NCBI GenBank assembly: GCA_016844925.1
Contig: JAERTI010000020.1
Span: forward strand, 97 to 64,096
Direction of reading: 5' to 3'
Length of the DNA stretch: 64,000 nt
Origin: Candidatus Uhrbacteria bacterium
GTDB taxonomy: Bacteria; Patescibacteriota; Patescibacteriia; UBA9934; GWF2-40-263
The notes below the pieces were generated by a model that did not search any database, had not been told where the DNA came from, and saw only the letters and a program-made list of their open reading frames with translations. The translations under genes were made by a program, and so were the position numbers. This document shows positions 38,216 to 47,831 of this stretch, piece after piece; position 1 is the stretch's first letter, and each line of letters starts with the position of its first letter.

Positions 38216-38823
38216 GGCGAGGCCGGACGTCGAAGGTTCATCAGCTCGAGGATGTGCTGGAGTGTTTGCTCCGGTGTCATGTGCGTCGTATCAACGTGCG
38301 TTTCGATCAGTTCACGGAAGCAGTTCTCGATGATCTCGAGCTCGCTCCCGGGTGACTTCACTCGTCGGTCGCCGGCCGTCATGTTCCCGCGTGCCTCCAG
38401 TCGAGCTCTGCGCACAGGTTCATCCGTCAGGAACAGGAAGCTGTGGTCCGGTCTGAGGATGGGCAGATGGTCGAGATTCAAGACGTCGATATCCACTCCC
38501 TGTGCCTTGTGATGGGCCAGAGCCGAGTAGATGAATCGGTCCATGATTACGTGGCGTGTTGCCAGTAATTCACGAATCAGCTGATCCTTCATCATCGCCG
38601 AGACGATATAGGTCAGCATCGCTGCGCTTTGGTTGCCTGCGTTTTGACAGTGGGCTCGCAAGGAACGTGTCGGGTTGTTGAAGGGCAAGTCTTCGAACCG
38701 CACTGCCAGACCAGGCTTCTGGCGATTGAATGCTTCCACAAGCATGTGTGACAGCGTGGTTTTCCCCACACCATCAATGCCTTCAAGCACGATGAGCTTG
38801 TGGCGATGCGGGTTTGTCTGCAT
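38212..38823 (-). CDS. Thymidylate-kinase-like nucleotide monophosphate kinase
   Basis: IVLEGIDGVGKTT P-loop, MDRFIYS, PD; SD GGAGG. Confidence 0.85.
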   Translation of the reverse strand: MQTNPHRHKLIVLEGIDGVGKTTLSHMLVEAFNRQKPGLAVRFEDLPFNNPTRSLRAHCQNAGNQSAAMLTYIVSAMMKDQLIRELLATRHVIMDRFIYSALAHHKAQGVDIDVLNLDHLPILRPDHSFLFLTDEPVRRARLEARGNMTAGDRRVKSPGSELEIIENCFRELIETHVDTTHMTPEQTLQHILELMNLRRPASP

Positions 38824-38879
38824 ATCTTACCTCCACAGCTTTCTTAACGTTGAGAGGTTATTGTGTCAATATGGGGCAT

Positions 38880-39332
38880 ATGACTTCCTGGCATGACCGA
38901 TTTAAAGCCATTATTTCTGTGTACCTCATCCTGCTTAATGACAGCGGTGAGGTGCTTTTGCTGAAACGGCAGAATACCGGATTCAAAGATGGTGAGTGGG
39001 GCCTGCCTGCTGGGCACGTTGATGGTGAGGAGGAGCTTATGCAGGCGATGGGACGTGAGGCTAAGGAGGAGGTGGGGATTGATTTAGACCCGGTCGATTT
39101 GACGCTTGTGCACGTCATGCATCGCCATTGCGGTGATCACGAGCGCATGGATTATTTTATGACGGCTCGTAAGTGGTCGGGAGAGGTTCATAATTGCGAA
39201 CCGGATAAGTGTTCGGACCTCGCTTGGGCGCCTATGGATGAATTGCCCGACGGCGTGATCGACTATTACGTGCAGGCATTCAATAAGATCCGAGAGGGGG
39301 AGGTGTACAGTGGGTTTGGTTGGAAAAATTGA
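38880..39332 (+). CDS. Nudix hydrolase
   Basis: PAGHVDGEE...REAKEEVG, N.EPDKC. Confidence 0.92.
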   Translation: MTSWHDRFKAIISVYLILLNDSGEVLLLKRQNTGFKDGEWGLPAGHVDGEEELMQAMGREAKEEVGIDLDPVDLTLVHVMHRHCGDHERMDYFMTARKWSGEVHNCEPDKCSDLAWAPMDELPDGVIDYYVQAFNKIREGEVYSGFGWKN

Positions 39333-39340
39333 TAGGTGTT

Positions 39341-39661
39341 ATGACAGATTCAATGAAAGAACTTACATCCGAGATCCGATCGTTTGTTGATATGCGTGGG
39401 TGGTTATCGCGTGGACGTGCAGATCTCAAAGGCATCGCAATCTCGATTTCTTTAGAAGCGGCAGAGTTACTGGAACTTTTTCAGTGGGTCAAAGATGATG
39501 AAGTGGAGGCGCGTGTTGAAAAGCAGCGAGAGGACATTGCTGATGAGCTCGCTGATGTGGCTATCTACACCTTGCAGTTTGCTGACCGTGCTGGCATAGA
39601 TTTAGCTGCAGCGATTCGACAAAAGATGAAAAAGAACGGGGAGAAATATCCCGTTGAATAA
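39341..39661 (+). CDS. MazG-like (dCTP pyrophosphatase-type) nucleotide pyrophosphohydrolase
   Basis: EAAELLELFQW, DELADV, K..KN..KYP. Confidence 0.9.
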   Translation: MTDSMKELTSEIRSFVDMRGWLSRGRADLKGIAISISLEAAELLELFQWVKDDEVEARVEKQREDIADELADVAIYTLQFADRAGIDLAAAIRQKMKKNGEKYPVE

Positions 39662-39739
39662 TAATGGAATCACCCTCATGGGGTGATTTTCGGTTCAGGT
39701 CTCACAACTGCTGTACAATAAGAACATTGGAAACGTTCT

Positions 39740-41488
39740 ATGATTCAAACACAAGAAAAAGTACTCATTGCGATAAGCATTGTTTTGAGTGTGATTGTCG
39801 CGGTCCTGTTGTGGGCTCTCCTTGCTCCGGGTGAATCACCGACGACGGATGGGTTCGGGATGGATCGTAACATTGAGGAAGAAGCAGAGAACCGTGATGT
39901 CGTGGATTTTGATATTCCTGCAGGACCCGTGATTGTAGACGAAGTTCAGCAAGGCGCCCCCTCTTATCTCTATCTCTTCACACATACGGAAGATCCATTC
40001 AACCACGAGCTTTCAGAGGAACGTTACTGGCGTGTTGGAGAGATGATCCGAGATGCTGCTGCTGCGTATCCGGCAGCTGATCTCACATGGACGATTGAGT
40101 TCCAAGGATCAGATGCTAAGACAATCGCTGATCGAAATGAGGAGACAGGACTCGTTGACTATTTGTTGGAGTTGAAGGACGAGGGGCTTGTCGAGTTTGG
40201 CTACCACGCTCACCACGACCCGACGTATCAGAATCGGCCGCAGAATCGTCTACCAAGCGATCCGACCTATGAGGAGGCATACGATGCTCTGTGGTCATGG
40301 ATTACCTGTGTGAAGGACGTGAATCGTGGGGGGTGTATTGAAGAACGTGGAGGAGGGCTCGAGGCCATCTACGAGACATTCGGACAGGTTGAGATTGTGA
40401 CGGGTCTAGGAATCGGAGAGGGGACACAGATTGAGCGCTCTGCTGGAAGTCAGGCAGTGAGGGAGCTTCTTCCGGGGCGATATCTTGGATTTGGGTTTCC
40501 TGATCACGGGGCTGTGATTAAGGATCAGACATACACGAGTACCCGAGATGCTCTTTTGGAAATCATGACCCCAACACATGAGACAAGTTCGGCGACCCTG
40601 TGGATGGATAATGCGATTCGAATCAATGATGCCGCATCCCTCGAAGGAATTGACGCAGAGCCATTGAAAGAAGGGTCGGACAGCTATGAACGTGAGCTTC
40701 AAGAGCTTGATGGCACGCGTTCCATTGTGATGAATGCTGGTATTGCGAGTAAGTATCTCTATACGACCAGTGGTACGAGTCCCACGAAGTGGGGGTATGT
40801 GCACCCAGAATCGCCAGAGCTTACCGATGAGCTTCTTCTTAGTCCAAAGGAACAGGAGAAGGCATACCAGCTTACGAAGCAGGGCTTAGAGTATTTGGCT
40901 CAGCAGGTTAACGAAGATCCAGACGCGTTGCAGTTTGTCAGCTCAAATGATGTGGTGAATTTGTTTGTGTCGACTGATTATGTGGAGGTGGATGAGGGAG
41001 AGCTTTACCAGATGGCCTTATGGGTCTTGAACAATTGGGATGATGCTCCGCCAAGTTGGGTGTATGATGGCGAAGACTTTTATTCACTTGCTGACACGTT
41101 CGCCCTTCTCGCTCGAGGGTTGAATGGTGAGTTTGATCAGGCAGGTGTGGTCTCTGAGGTGTATGGTCCATGGTCTCTTTCCCAAACCGAGTCTGAGGCC
41201 ACAACGGTTTCTGTCGATGATCTGCTTGTACTAGCGACGACGGATCTCTACACAGATTGGCGCATGAAAGAGCAGTATGAGATTGGCGACGCTACCCTCA
41301 CGAGCGTTCAAGTTCTTTACGCCTGGAGCTACCTTTTTGCTGCAAACCAGGCACAAGTGGATATTACACATGTACCGATTCCACAGATGCAATCGGCTCC
41401 AGAGACGTACGAGCTTCTCGAGACGCTCGGGTGCCACGACTGTCTCGATACAACCTGGTCACTCAAACCAGCTCGATTTCAAGACTAA
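39740..41488 (+). CDS. Membrane-anchored extracytoplasmic protein, deacetylase/GH57-barrel-like
   Basis: N-terminal TM, FTHTED and EFGYHAHH metal-site-like motifs, acidic composition. Confidence 0.6.
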   Translation: MIQTQEKVLIAISIVLSVIVAVLLWALLAPGESPTTDGFGMDRNIEEEAENRDVVDFDIPAGPVIVDEVQQGAPSYLYLFTHTEDPFNHELSEERYWRVGEMIRDAAAAYPAADLTWTIEFQGSDAKTIADRNEETGLVDYLLELKDEGLVEFGYHAHHDPTYQNRPQNRLPSDPTYEEAYDALWSWITCVKDVNRGGCIEERGGGLEAIYETFGQVEIVTGLGIGEGTQIERSAGSQAVRELLPGRYLGFGFPDHGAVIKDQTYTSTRDALLEIMTPTHETSSATLWMDNAIRINDAASLEGIDAEPLKEGSDSYERELQELDGTRSIVMNAGIASKYLYTTSGTSPTKWGYVHPESPELTDELLLSPKEQEKAYQLTKQGLEYLAQQVNEDPDALQFVSSNDVVNLFVSTDYVEVDEGELYQMALWVLNNWDDAPPSWVYDGEDFYSLADTFALLARGLNGEFDQAGVVSEVYGPWSLSQTESEATTVSVDDLLVLATTDLYTDWRMKEQYEIGDATLTSVQVLYAWSYLFAANQAQVDITHVPIPQMQSAPETYELLETLGCHDCLDTTWSLKPARFQD

Positions 41489-41506
41489 CCTCTAAAGAAA
41501 CCCCTT

Positions 41507-41911
41507 ATGCCTCTCTATCAAACATTGCTCTTTATCTTCGCGGGGATTGGACTGCTCGACACCATCTATCTCACCTACCACGCCATCACAAAAACGCCGG
41601 TGAAGTGCCTCTTCTTTCCTGATGCTTGGTGTGCAAAAGTGCAGAAAAGTCCGCAAAGTAAACTGTTCGGTTTTCCAAATGCCTACGCCGGGCTCGGGAT
41701 GTACCTCGCCATTCTCGTGGGAACCTGGTTGTTCATTCAGGGCATGATCCCATTTTGGCCCGTGACTGCTGTGGTGACTATGGGGTTCCTGTTTTCACTC
41801 TACTTCACGTATATCCAAGGTTTTGTTCTCAAGGCATTTTGCACCTGGTGTGTTCTATCGGCGATAAACTTTCTTGTGATGTTTATTGCCGTGTTTTTCC
41901 TCAGGGGGTAG
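41507..41911 (+). CDS. VKOR family protein
   Basis: C..C.KV..S loop, CTWC in TM4. Confidence 0.92.
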   Translation: MPLYQTLLFIFAGIGLLDTIYLTYHAITKTPVKCLFFPDAWCAKVQKSPQSKLFGFPNAYAGLGMYLAILVGTWLFIQGMIPFWPVTAVVTMGFLFSLYFTYIQGFVLKAFCTWCVLSAINFLVMFIAVFFLRG

Positions 41912-42002
41912 GGCAATTAATTGTCCAAGTGGCTTACAATCCCCCTCATGGGGGATTTTTGGTACCATGCTCGCATTAGTCGATAATCTTGCGTGACAAG
42001 TT

Positions 42003-42179
42003 ATGCTTACATGGGTGTGTCGAGAATGTGGAGACGGGAATTTACCGCCGGATATTTTTCAAGAGGTTGAACAGGCTGAGACGAATGAAGAAGTTCGTCG
42101 GGTTCTGGCTATGCATGAGGTGTTGGTGAAAGTTTGTCAGGTATGTGAGATGCAGGATGCAGCTGCTGCACAAAACTGA
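42003..42179 (+). CDS. 58-aa CxxC...CxxC small protein (below the ORF track cut-off)
   Basis: MLTWVCRECG...VCQVCEMQDAAAAQN; stop lies 1 nt before the next ATG. Confidence 0.6.
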   Translation: MLTWVCRECGDGNLPPDIFQEVEQAETNEEVRRVLAMHEVLVKVCQVCEMQDAAAAQN

Positions 42180-42180
42180 T

Positions 42181-43668
42181 ATGCACATCACCAAAACAGA
42201 CTACCTTGAATACACCTTCTGCCGAAAGAATCTCTGGTTCATGAAGCATAAGCCGGAGCTTTTTAATGATAAGGAGCTTTCGGAGTTTGAGAAGAAGATT
42301 ATCGAAGAGGGGAACTTGGCTGATGAGGCAGCGCGGAATTTGTTTCCGGGTGGGGAGCTTATCGAACTCGTTGGTATGCGTGGTGTGGGGCAGACAAAAA
42401 ATGTTCTTGCCATGAAGCCTAAGACATTGTTTCAAGGAGCGTTTCTCTCGGATGTGTTTTTTGTGCAGGCTGATGTTTTGCATTGGAACGAACCTCTTAA
42501 CGGGTGGGAGCTGTATGAGGTGAAGGCGACGAATGATGTGAAGCGGGAGATTCCACATCATCATGTGAATGACTTGGCGTTTCAGAAGTTGGTCATCGAG
42601 AGCGGCGGGCTCAAGATTGTGAAGGCCGGAGTGATCCATTTGAATAGTGAGTATCGACAGAAGGGGGAAGTTGATTACGACGAGCTCTTTATTGTTGCCG
42701 ACCTCACAGATGAAGTTCTTGCCTCTGAGGATGCTGTACGTGAGGAGATGGATGAGATGAAGGCATATCTGTCTGGTGCTGAGGAGCGTGGCTGTGACTG
42801 TTTGTATCGCGGGCGTAATGCGCAGTGCACAACCTTTACGCATTCACATCCCGAAGTTCCTGAGTATTCTGTGCACGATATTAACCGGATCGGTGGGAGC
42901 AAGAAGTTGTTTTACGATTGGATCGACAGAGGGATCTATGCCCTTGAGGATATCGACAACCCTGAGAAGCTGAAGGGGGCAAAGAAGGCTCAGCACCAGG
43001 CGTACATGGCAGGGAAGCCACTCATCGATCATGAGGGGATTACGGAGCTTTTGGGCGAGCTGGTCTTTCCCCTCCAGTTCTTTGACTACGAAGGGTATTC
43101 AAGCGCTATTCCTCGATTCGATGGGTTTGGGGCCTATGAGCAGGTGCCGTTTCAGTACTCGCTTCATACGATGCGAGAGGATGGAGAGATTGAGCATCGG
43201 GAGTATTTGGTGACGGATCCGGTGGGAGATTTTACGCGGCCGTTACTTGAGCGGATGCGGGAGGATATGGATCCAAACGGGACGGTCATTTCTTGGTACA
43301 GTACGTACGAGAAGCAGCGCAATGCGAAGCTTGCTGAGTTGCATCCTGAGCACGCTGAGTTTATCGAGACGATCAATGAAGGCATGTTCGATCTCATGAC
43401 GATCTTCTCGAAGAACTACTATGTCGATGCGGCGTTTAAGGGGAGTGCGAGTATTAAACGCGTGTTACCCGTGGTGGTGCCTCACCTCACGTACAAGGCG
43501 CTAGGGATTCAAAAGGGGGATCAGGCGATTGAGCGTTGGGAGAAGATGATCTCGCCAGAGACTTCTCAAAAAGAAAAAGATCAGATTGCCAGCGACCTTC
43601 TTGAGTACTGTAAGCTGGATACCTTCGCTATGGTCGCCATCTATCAATTTTTATTAAAACTTATTTAG
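42181..43668 (+). CDS. DUF2779-domain protein (PD-(D/E)XK-like N-terminus, RNase H-like C-terminus)
   Basis: ADVL..EVKA..DLAFQ, FFDYE, QVPFQYSLH, SIKRVLP, LLEYCKLDT. Confidence 0.85.
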   Translation: MHITKTDYLEYTFCRKNLWFMKHKPELFNDKELSEFEKKIIEEGNLADEAARNLFPGGELIELVGMRGVGQTKNVLAMKPKTLFQGAFLSDVFFVQADVLHWNEPLNGWELYEVKATNDVKREIPHHHVNDLAFQKLVIESGGLKIVKAGVIHLNSEYRQKGEVDYDELFIVADLTDEVLASEDAVREEMDEMKAYLSGAEERGCDCLYRGRNAQCTTFTHSHPEVPEYSVHDINRIGGSKKLFYDWIDRGIYALEDIDNPEKLKGAKKAQHQAYMAGKPLIDHEGITELLGELVFPLQFFDYEGYSSAIPRFDGFGAYEQVPFQYSLHTMREDGEIEHREYLVTDPVGDFTRPLLERMREDMDPNGTVISWYSTYEKQRNAKLAELHPEHAEFIETINEGMFDLMTIFSKNYYVDAAFKGSASIKRVLPVVVPHLTYKALGIQKGDQAIERWEKMISPETSQKEKDQIASDLLEYCKLDTFAMVAIYQFLLKLI

Positions 43669-43674
43669 AACTTT

Positions 43675-43995
43675 ATGAAATCCATTTCTGTTCAAGACCT
43701 TCATGGCAAACTTGCAGACGCTGCACATATGGCATCAGCCATTGTTATCGATGTGCGCACCCCAGAGGAGCATGCTGAGGGGCATATTCCTGGAGCGCAG
43801 AATCGACCCATCGATAAGCTTGATCTCTACATGGAAGCTCTGAAGTCTTACGAGACGGTGTACGTACACTGCTTAACAGGTGGCCGTAGCGGTAAGGCTT
43901 GCGAGGCGTTTGATGCAGCGGGATCGATTAATGCGCACAACATCGAAGGAGGTGTGACAGCCTGGAAAGAGGCTGGGTACCCTGTAGAGATGTGA
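43675..43995 (+). CDS. Rhodanese-like protein
   Basis: [25 protein letters not shown]. Confidence 0.93.
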   Translation: MKSISVQDLHGKLADAAHMASAIVIDVRTPEEHAEGHIPGAQNRPIDKLDLYMEALKSYETVYVHCLTGGRSGKACEAFDAAGSINAHNIEGGVTAWKEAGYPVEM

Positions 43996-44240
43996 GCACG
44001 TGGACGGTGTATATTCTTCAGTGCAAGGATGATTCACTCTACACGGGGATTACGACAGATCTTGAGGCGCGCATTGAAGTACACAATCGTGGCGACGGTG
44101 CGAAGTACACAAGGGGGCGTGGGCCGGTTCGTCTCCTCTGGTCACAAGATGCCTTGAGTGAGAGCCAGGCGCGCAAGCGTGAGTACGAAATAAAACAGCT
44201 GTCACGAGCACAGAAGCTCGAGTTGATTAGCGCATCGTAG
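43992..44240 (+). CDS. Small GIY-YIG nuclease (YazA/UPF0213)
   Basis: [23 protein letters not shown]. Confidence 0.92.
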   Translation: MSTWTVYILQCKDDSLYTGITTDLEARIEVHNRGDGAKYTRGRGPVRLLWSQDALSESQARKREYEIKQLSRAQKLELISAS

Positions 44241-44250
44241 CGTGTTATCT

Positions 44251-44448
44251 ATGCCAGGAACGATTCGAAAAAATATCTATCCAGGACTCTACGTCGCCAT
44301 CGTGCAAAAGGCCGACCAGCGAACAGGGAAGCTGACCCAGGGGTTTGTACAGGACTTGCTTACCAGCAAAGCCGTGCACCCGCGAGGGATTAAGGTGAGA
44401 CTCGACACAGGAGAAGTCGGAAGAGTGCAGCACATTTTGCAGAAGTAA
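44251..44448 (+). CDS. YwbE/DUF2196 family protein
   Basis: KADQRTGKLT.G, HPRGIKVRL, VGRV. Confidence 0.9.
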   Translation: MPGTIRKNIYPGLYVAIVQKADQRTGKLTQGFVQDLLTSKAVHPRGIKVRLDTGEVGRVQHILQK

Positions 44449-44549
44449 CAGAGACCACCCTTTGAGAGGGTGGTTTTTGGTTCCCTAAGAAGGGTTGACA
44501 TCCTTAGAAAAGACTCTATACTTTCAATCCCATACGAAAGGAGGGCGTG

Positions 44550-44945
44550 ATGCAGCAAGCAGCAATCCCCAAGCTGTCGGCGATTCCGACCAGGCAACAT
44601 GCGACGTTGGTGTACTACCACAAGTGGAAGGGCTTCGAGTGCAGGGAGATCTGCGGGTGCCTTCGAGCGTTCACGGTCAAGTCCCTGCAGAAGATCAAGA
44701 CCGGCACTCTGGTCTGGGTCGACACCGATCCGATGTACCACCACGGCAAGGTCTACGGATGGGTCCTGCGCAGGATCCAGCGGGTCGAAGATCGTGGTGA
44801 CGGCAAGTTCTGGGTCGAGCACAGCGGCGGCGGGTGCTTGATCGACGGCACCAAGCCCAAGCAGCACAAGTTCTACTACGTGAGCGCACCTGTTCGGCTG
44901 GAGAACCTGCTCCGCGCCAACCCGAAGGCCACGGCTCCTGTTTGA
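44550..44945 (+). CDS. Hypothetical protein (GC-rich cassette)
   Basis: TTGACA-16-TATACT promoter, SD AAAGGAGG, strong C/G-ending codons, downstream terminator. Confidence 0.7.
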   Translation: MQQAAIPKLSAIPTRQHATLVYYHKWKGFECREICGCLRAFTVKSLQKIKTGTLVWVDTDPMYHHGKVYGWVLRRIQRVEDRGDGKFWVEHSGGGCLIDGTKPKQHKFYYVSAPVRLENLLRANPKATAPV

Positions 44946-45045
44946 GTCAACACGACTCCCCACCTCACGCAGGTGGGTTTTTTAATCCTCGACTGTTTGG
45001 CTGGGTTTGATACCATATGGTGTATAAGCAAATGGAAATGGGGCT

Positions 45046-45600
45046 ATGATTGAAACACAGCGACTTTTTTTTGGGATTCCGCTTCCTGAGCATGTGAAGG
45101 AAGAAATTTCTCGGCTCCAGGTGAAGCTCAGGAGACAGCTCCCTGATCAGCAAGTAAAGTGGGTGAGGCCTAGAACCTCTCACGTCACATTGCACTTTCT
45201 AGGCGATGTGGAGGTTCATCGAATACAGCCATTGATCGGACGTATCGAGCAGGAGCGGTTCTTGGATCCGTTCGAGCTCCAGTTAACGGACATCGATGCA
45301 TTTCCCTCTATGCGTAAGCCAAAGGTCCTCATCTTGCGGACAAGCATGCACGCCTCTTTACATGCTCTACGGGAAGAGATTGCCGATGTGATTCACTCGT
45401 GCGGGTTCGATGTTGATGAGCGGAAGTTCCAGCCGCACATCACGCTAGGTCGCGTTCAGTCGCTGGTGGGTGCTCTCGAGGTGGGGGAGGTGAACATCAA
45501 ACCAGTAACCTTCGCTGTCGATCAGGTGAATCTTTACCAAAGCACGCTGACACCGACGGGCAGTATCTATACCCCTATTCATACAATTCACTTAACCTAA
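45046..45600 (+). CDS. thpR: RNA 2',3'-cyclic phosphodiesterase (2H family)
   Basis: RLFFGI, HVTL and PHITL (two HxT motifs), YQSTL. Confidence 0.92.
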   Translation: MIETQRLFFGIPLPEHVKEEISRLQVKLRRQLPDQQVKWVRPRTSHVTLHFLGDVEVHRIQPLIGRIEQERFLDPFELQLTDIDAFPSMRKPKVLILRTSMHASLHALREEIADVIHSCGFDVDERKFQPHITLGRVQSLVGALEVGEVNIKPVTFAVDQVNLYQSTLTPTGSIYTPIHTIHLT

Positions 45601-45612
45601 GTGTTGAACCAT

Positions 45613-45852
45613 ATGCAGGAATACAAAAACATCGAAGGGCGCTCCACCATTAAGGCCTATGAGTACGACGATGATTCCATCACTGTCGAGTTTGGTGCAC
45701 CAAGTCACAGTGGGGCAACGGTGTATGTGTACACGCGAGAGAGTGTTGGTGATTACCACCTGAGTCAAATGAAAACGCATGCAGATGAGGGGATCGGCTT
45801 GCTTTCCTATATCGACCGAAACGTGCGCAAGAAGTACGCGGAGAAACGTTAG
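45613..45852 (+). CDS. KTSC-like small protein
   Basis: S.I.AYEY...I.VEF....YVY...G.GL.SYI pattern. Confidence 0.6.
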   Translation: MQEYKNIEGRSTIKAYEYDDDSITVEFGAPSHSGATVYVYTRESVGDYHLSQMKTHADEGIGLLSYIDRNVRKKYAEKR

Positions 45853-45857
45853 TACAC

Positions 45858-46478
45858 ATGAAGGGGGGTGCGGCACCAACAATGTTTACCTCTAAGGTGG
45901 TGGCTCGACAGTTCGTGGCGGGGACGTTTTTTGCGTACCTGTTTGGTGGCGGGCTCATGTTTACCAGGACCATTGATTTTTCTCACGAGCATGAATGGTT
46001 CCTTGGTGTTTTATTTTTTGCATCGGCTGCACTACTTTTGTTGCCAAGGTTTCTTCATCAGACGATTCGTGCGTTTCAAACACAGGTCAGCGAGGTGTCC
46101 CTTGCCAGGTTTGAAGTCCTTTTGACCAGCGCCATGTTTCTCTCATGGATGGGGTCTATGGGGCTGTACCGCGCCGGGATTGGTTACGATTCTTTTGTGC
46201 ATTTTTCTACATCCGTGATGGCAGCATTTGCCTTGTCGATTCCACTTGCTGCTCTGATGCGCACGAAACGTTCGCAGGTGTTCATGACCCTTGTGGGGTT
46301 GGTGATCCTTCTAGGGCTCTTCGTGGAGTTTGGAGAGTGGTTCGGTGATGTGGTTGTTGGGACAACCATGTTCGGTGAGCTTGGGCAGCCAGGTGATACG
46401 TATCGAGATCTTGTTTATGATGCGCTTGGGGCCGTAGTGGGGTCTGCGTTGGTGGTTTCTCGTTGGAGTCAATCGTAA
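45858..46478 (+). CDS. Membrane protein (DUF2238/VanZ-like)
   Basis: YDSFVH, E..E, DT..DL..D..G motifs; multiple TMs. Confidence 0.7.
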   Translation: MKGGAAPTMFTSKVVARQFVAGTFFAYLFGGGLMFTRTIDFSHEHEWFLGVLFFASAALLLLPRFLHQTIRAFQTQVSEVSLARFEVLLTSAMFLSWMGSMGLYRAGIGYDSFVHFSTSVMAAFALSIPLAALMRTKRSQVFMTLVGLVILLGLFVEFGEWFGDVVVGTTMFGELGQPGDTYRDLVYDALGAVVGSALVVSRWSQS

Positions 46479-46493
46479 TTATTTGTAGATACT

Positions 46494-47162
46494 ATGAACA
46501 CACCCAAACTCGTCTTATTAGATTTCGATGGTGTTGTCGTTGAGGGTTCCAACGAGGCGTACTTTGATTGCTACCACAAGGCCGTTGAGGCTGTGGGGGT
46601 TTCTCTCGATCCAAACGTTGAGCATGAGCGTGTGATTCAAGGTTGGGGGAGTGGGCACGTTGAGCAGCTTGAGATTATCTTGGCCGAGCATCCTGATAAA
46701 GTTGAACAGGCTGGAGGTGTTTGGGTGACTTGCGTTGAGTCGCCCGCGTTTTGGGATCAAGTGAGGATGGTCGATGGAGCCAAGGAGGCGATTGAGCTAA
46801 TGAGCCAACATGTGCCAGTGGCGATTGTCAGTGGAACACGGGTGCGTCACATTGAGCCGATGTTAGAGAGAGGAGGTGTCACGAGTATCTCAGCGATCTA
46901 TTCTTCCTACGACGTTCCTTCAGAGCTCAAGAAGCCTCACCCGCATACTTTGGAACTGGCGCTTAAAACGTTTGAGGTACAAGCGAAGGATGCCATTTAT
47001 GTCGGGGACATGCTCAATGACATTGTCATGGCACGTGGGGCTGGAGTGCGTCCCGTGGCAGTGCTTACAGGAGAACTTGATACACCCACTGCAGAAGCAA
47101 AAAACGTTGAATTTATTGGAGAAAATCTTCTCTCCGTGGCAAAGAACTACTTTTCAAATTAG
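46494..47162 (+). CDS. HAD-family phosphatase
   Basis: DFDGV, VSG, KKPHP, VGD..ND. Confidence 0.92.
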   Translation: MNTPKLVLLDFDGVVVEGSNEAYFDCYHKAVEAVGVSLDPNVEHERVIQGWGSGHVEQLEIILAEHPDKVEQAGGVWVTCVESPAFWDQVRMVDGAKEAIELMSQHVPVAIVSGTRVRHIEPMLERGGVTSISAIYSSYDVPSELKKPHPHTLELALKTFEVQAKDAIYVGDMLNDIVMARGAGVRPVAVLTGELDTPTAEAKNVEFIGENLLSVAKNYFSN

Positions 47163-47241
47163 AGAGTAATAAGCACTCTAAGGGTTGATCCATAGAGTGC
47201 TTTTTGTTACGCTCGCAGCCTCATCAACCGGAGGTGGCCCC

Positions 47242-47781
47242 ATGGCCTTGCGTGAGCTTTTTTCAGAACAGCAGATTCGAGACGCGGTGCTTCGCATCGC
47301 ACAGGAGATCTCTCAAGACTTCCAGGACCAGGAGATCACGCTCGTGTGCGTGCTCAAGGGATCCTTCCTCTTCACGGCTGACCTGGCTCGAGCGATCGAG
47401 CGGGTTGCGGCGTCCGGCAAGGGGGTCAAGACCTGTCGGATTGAGTTCATGCGCGCATCCTCCTACGGGGACAGCGAAGAGCCCGGCGATGTGGAGATCA
47501 AGCTGGACCTGGATCGCTCGCTGCGCGGGCTCAACGTCATCCTGGTCGAGGACATCGCTGACACCTGCCAGACGCTGGCCAAGCTGCAGGCGCACCTGGC
47601 CCTGAAGGGGCCGCATGATCTGCGCACGGCTGTGCTGCTCACCAAGCCGCACAAGCACGAGCTCGAGGTCCAGATGGACTACGTTGGCATCGTGGGCGAC
47701 GGCGTCGGTTTCGTGGTCGGCTACGGCATGGACAACGCTGGCACCATGCGCGGGCTCCCGTACATCGGTGTGATCGAGTAG
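47242..47781 (+). CDS. hpt: Hypoxanthine phosphoribosyltransferase
   Basis: VLKGS..F..DL, SSYG, VEDIADTCQTL, FVVGYGMD, R.LPYI; SD GGAGGT. Confidence 0.9.
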   Translation: MALRELFSEQQIRDAVLRIAQEISQDFQDQEITLVCVLKGSFLFTADLARAIERVAASGKGVKTCRIEFMRASSYGDSEEPGDVEIKLDLDRSLRGLNVILVEDIADTCQTLAKLQAHLALKGPHDLRTAVLLTKPHKHELEVQMDYVGIVGDGVGFVVGYGMDNAGTMRGLPYIGVIE

Positions 47782-47831
47782 AAGACGCTGCCAAGGACAC
47801 CCTTGGCTTTTTTGTTTATACTGTTTCCGTT

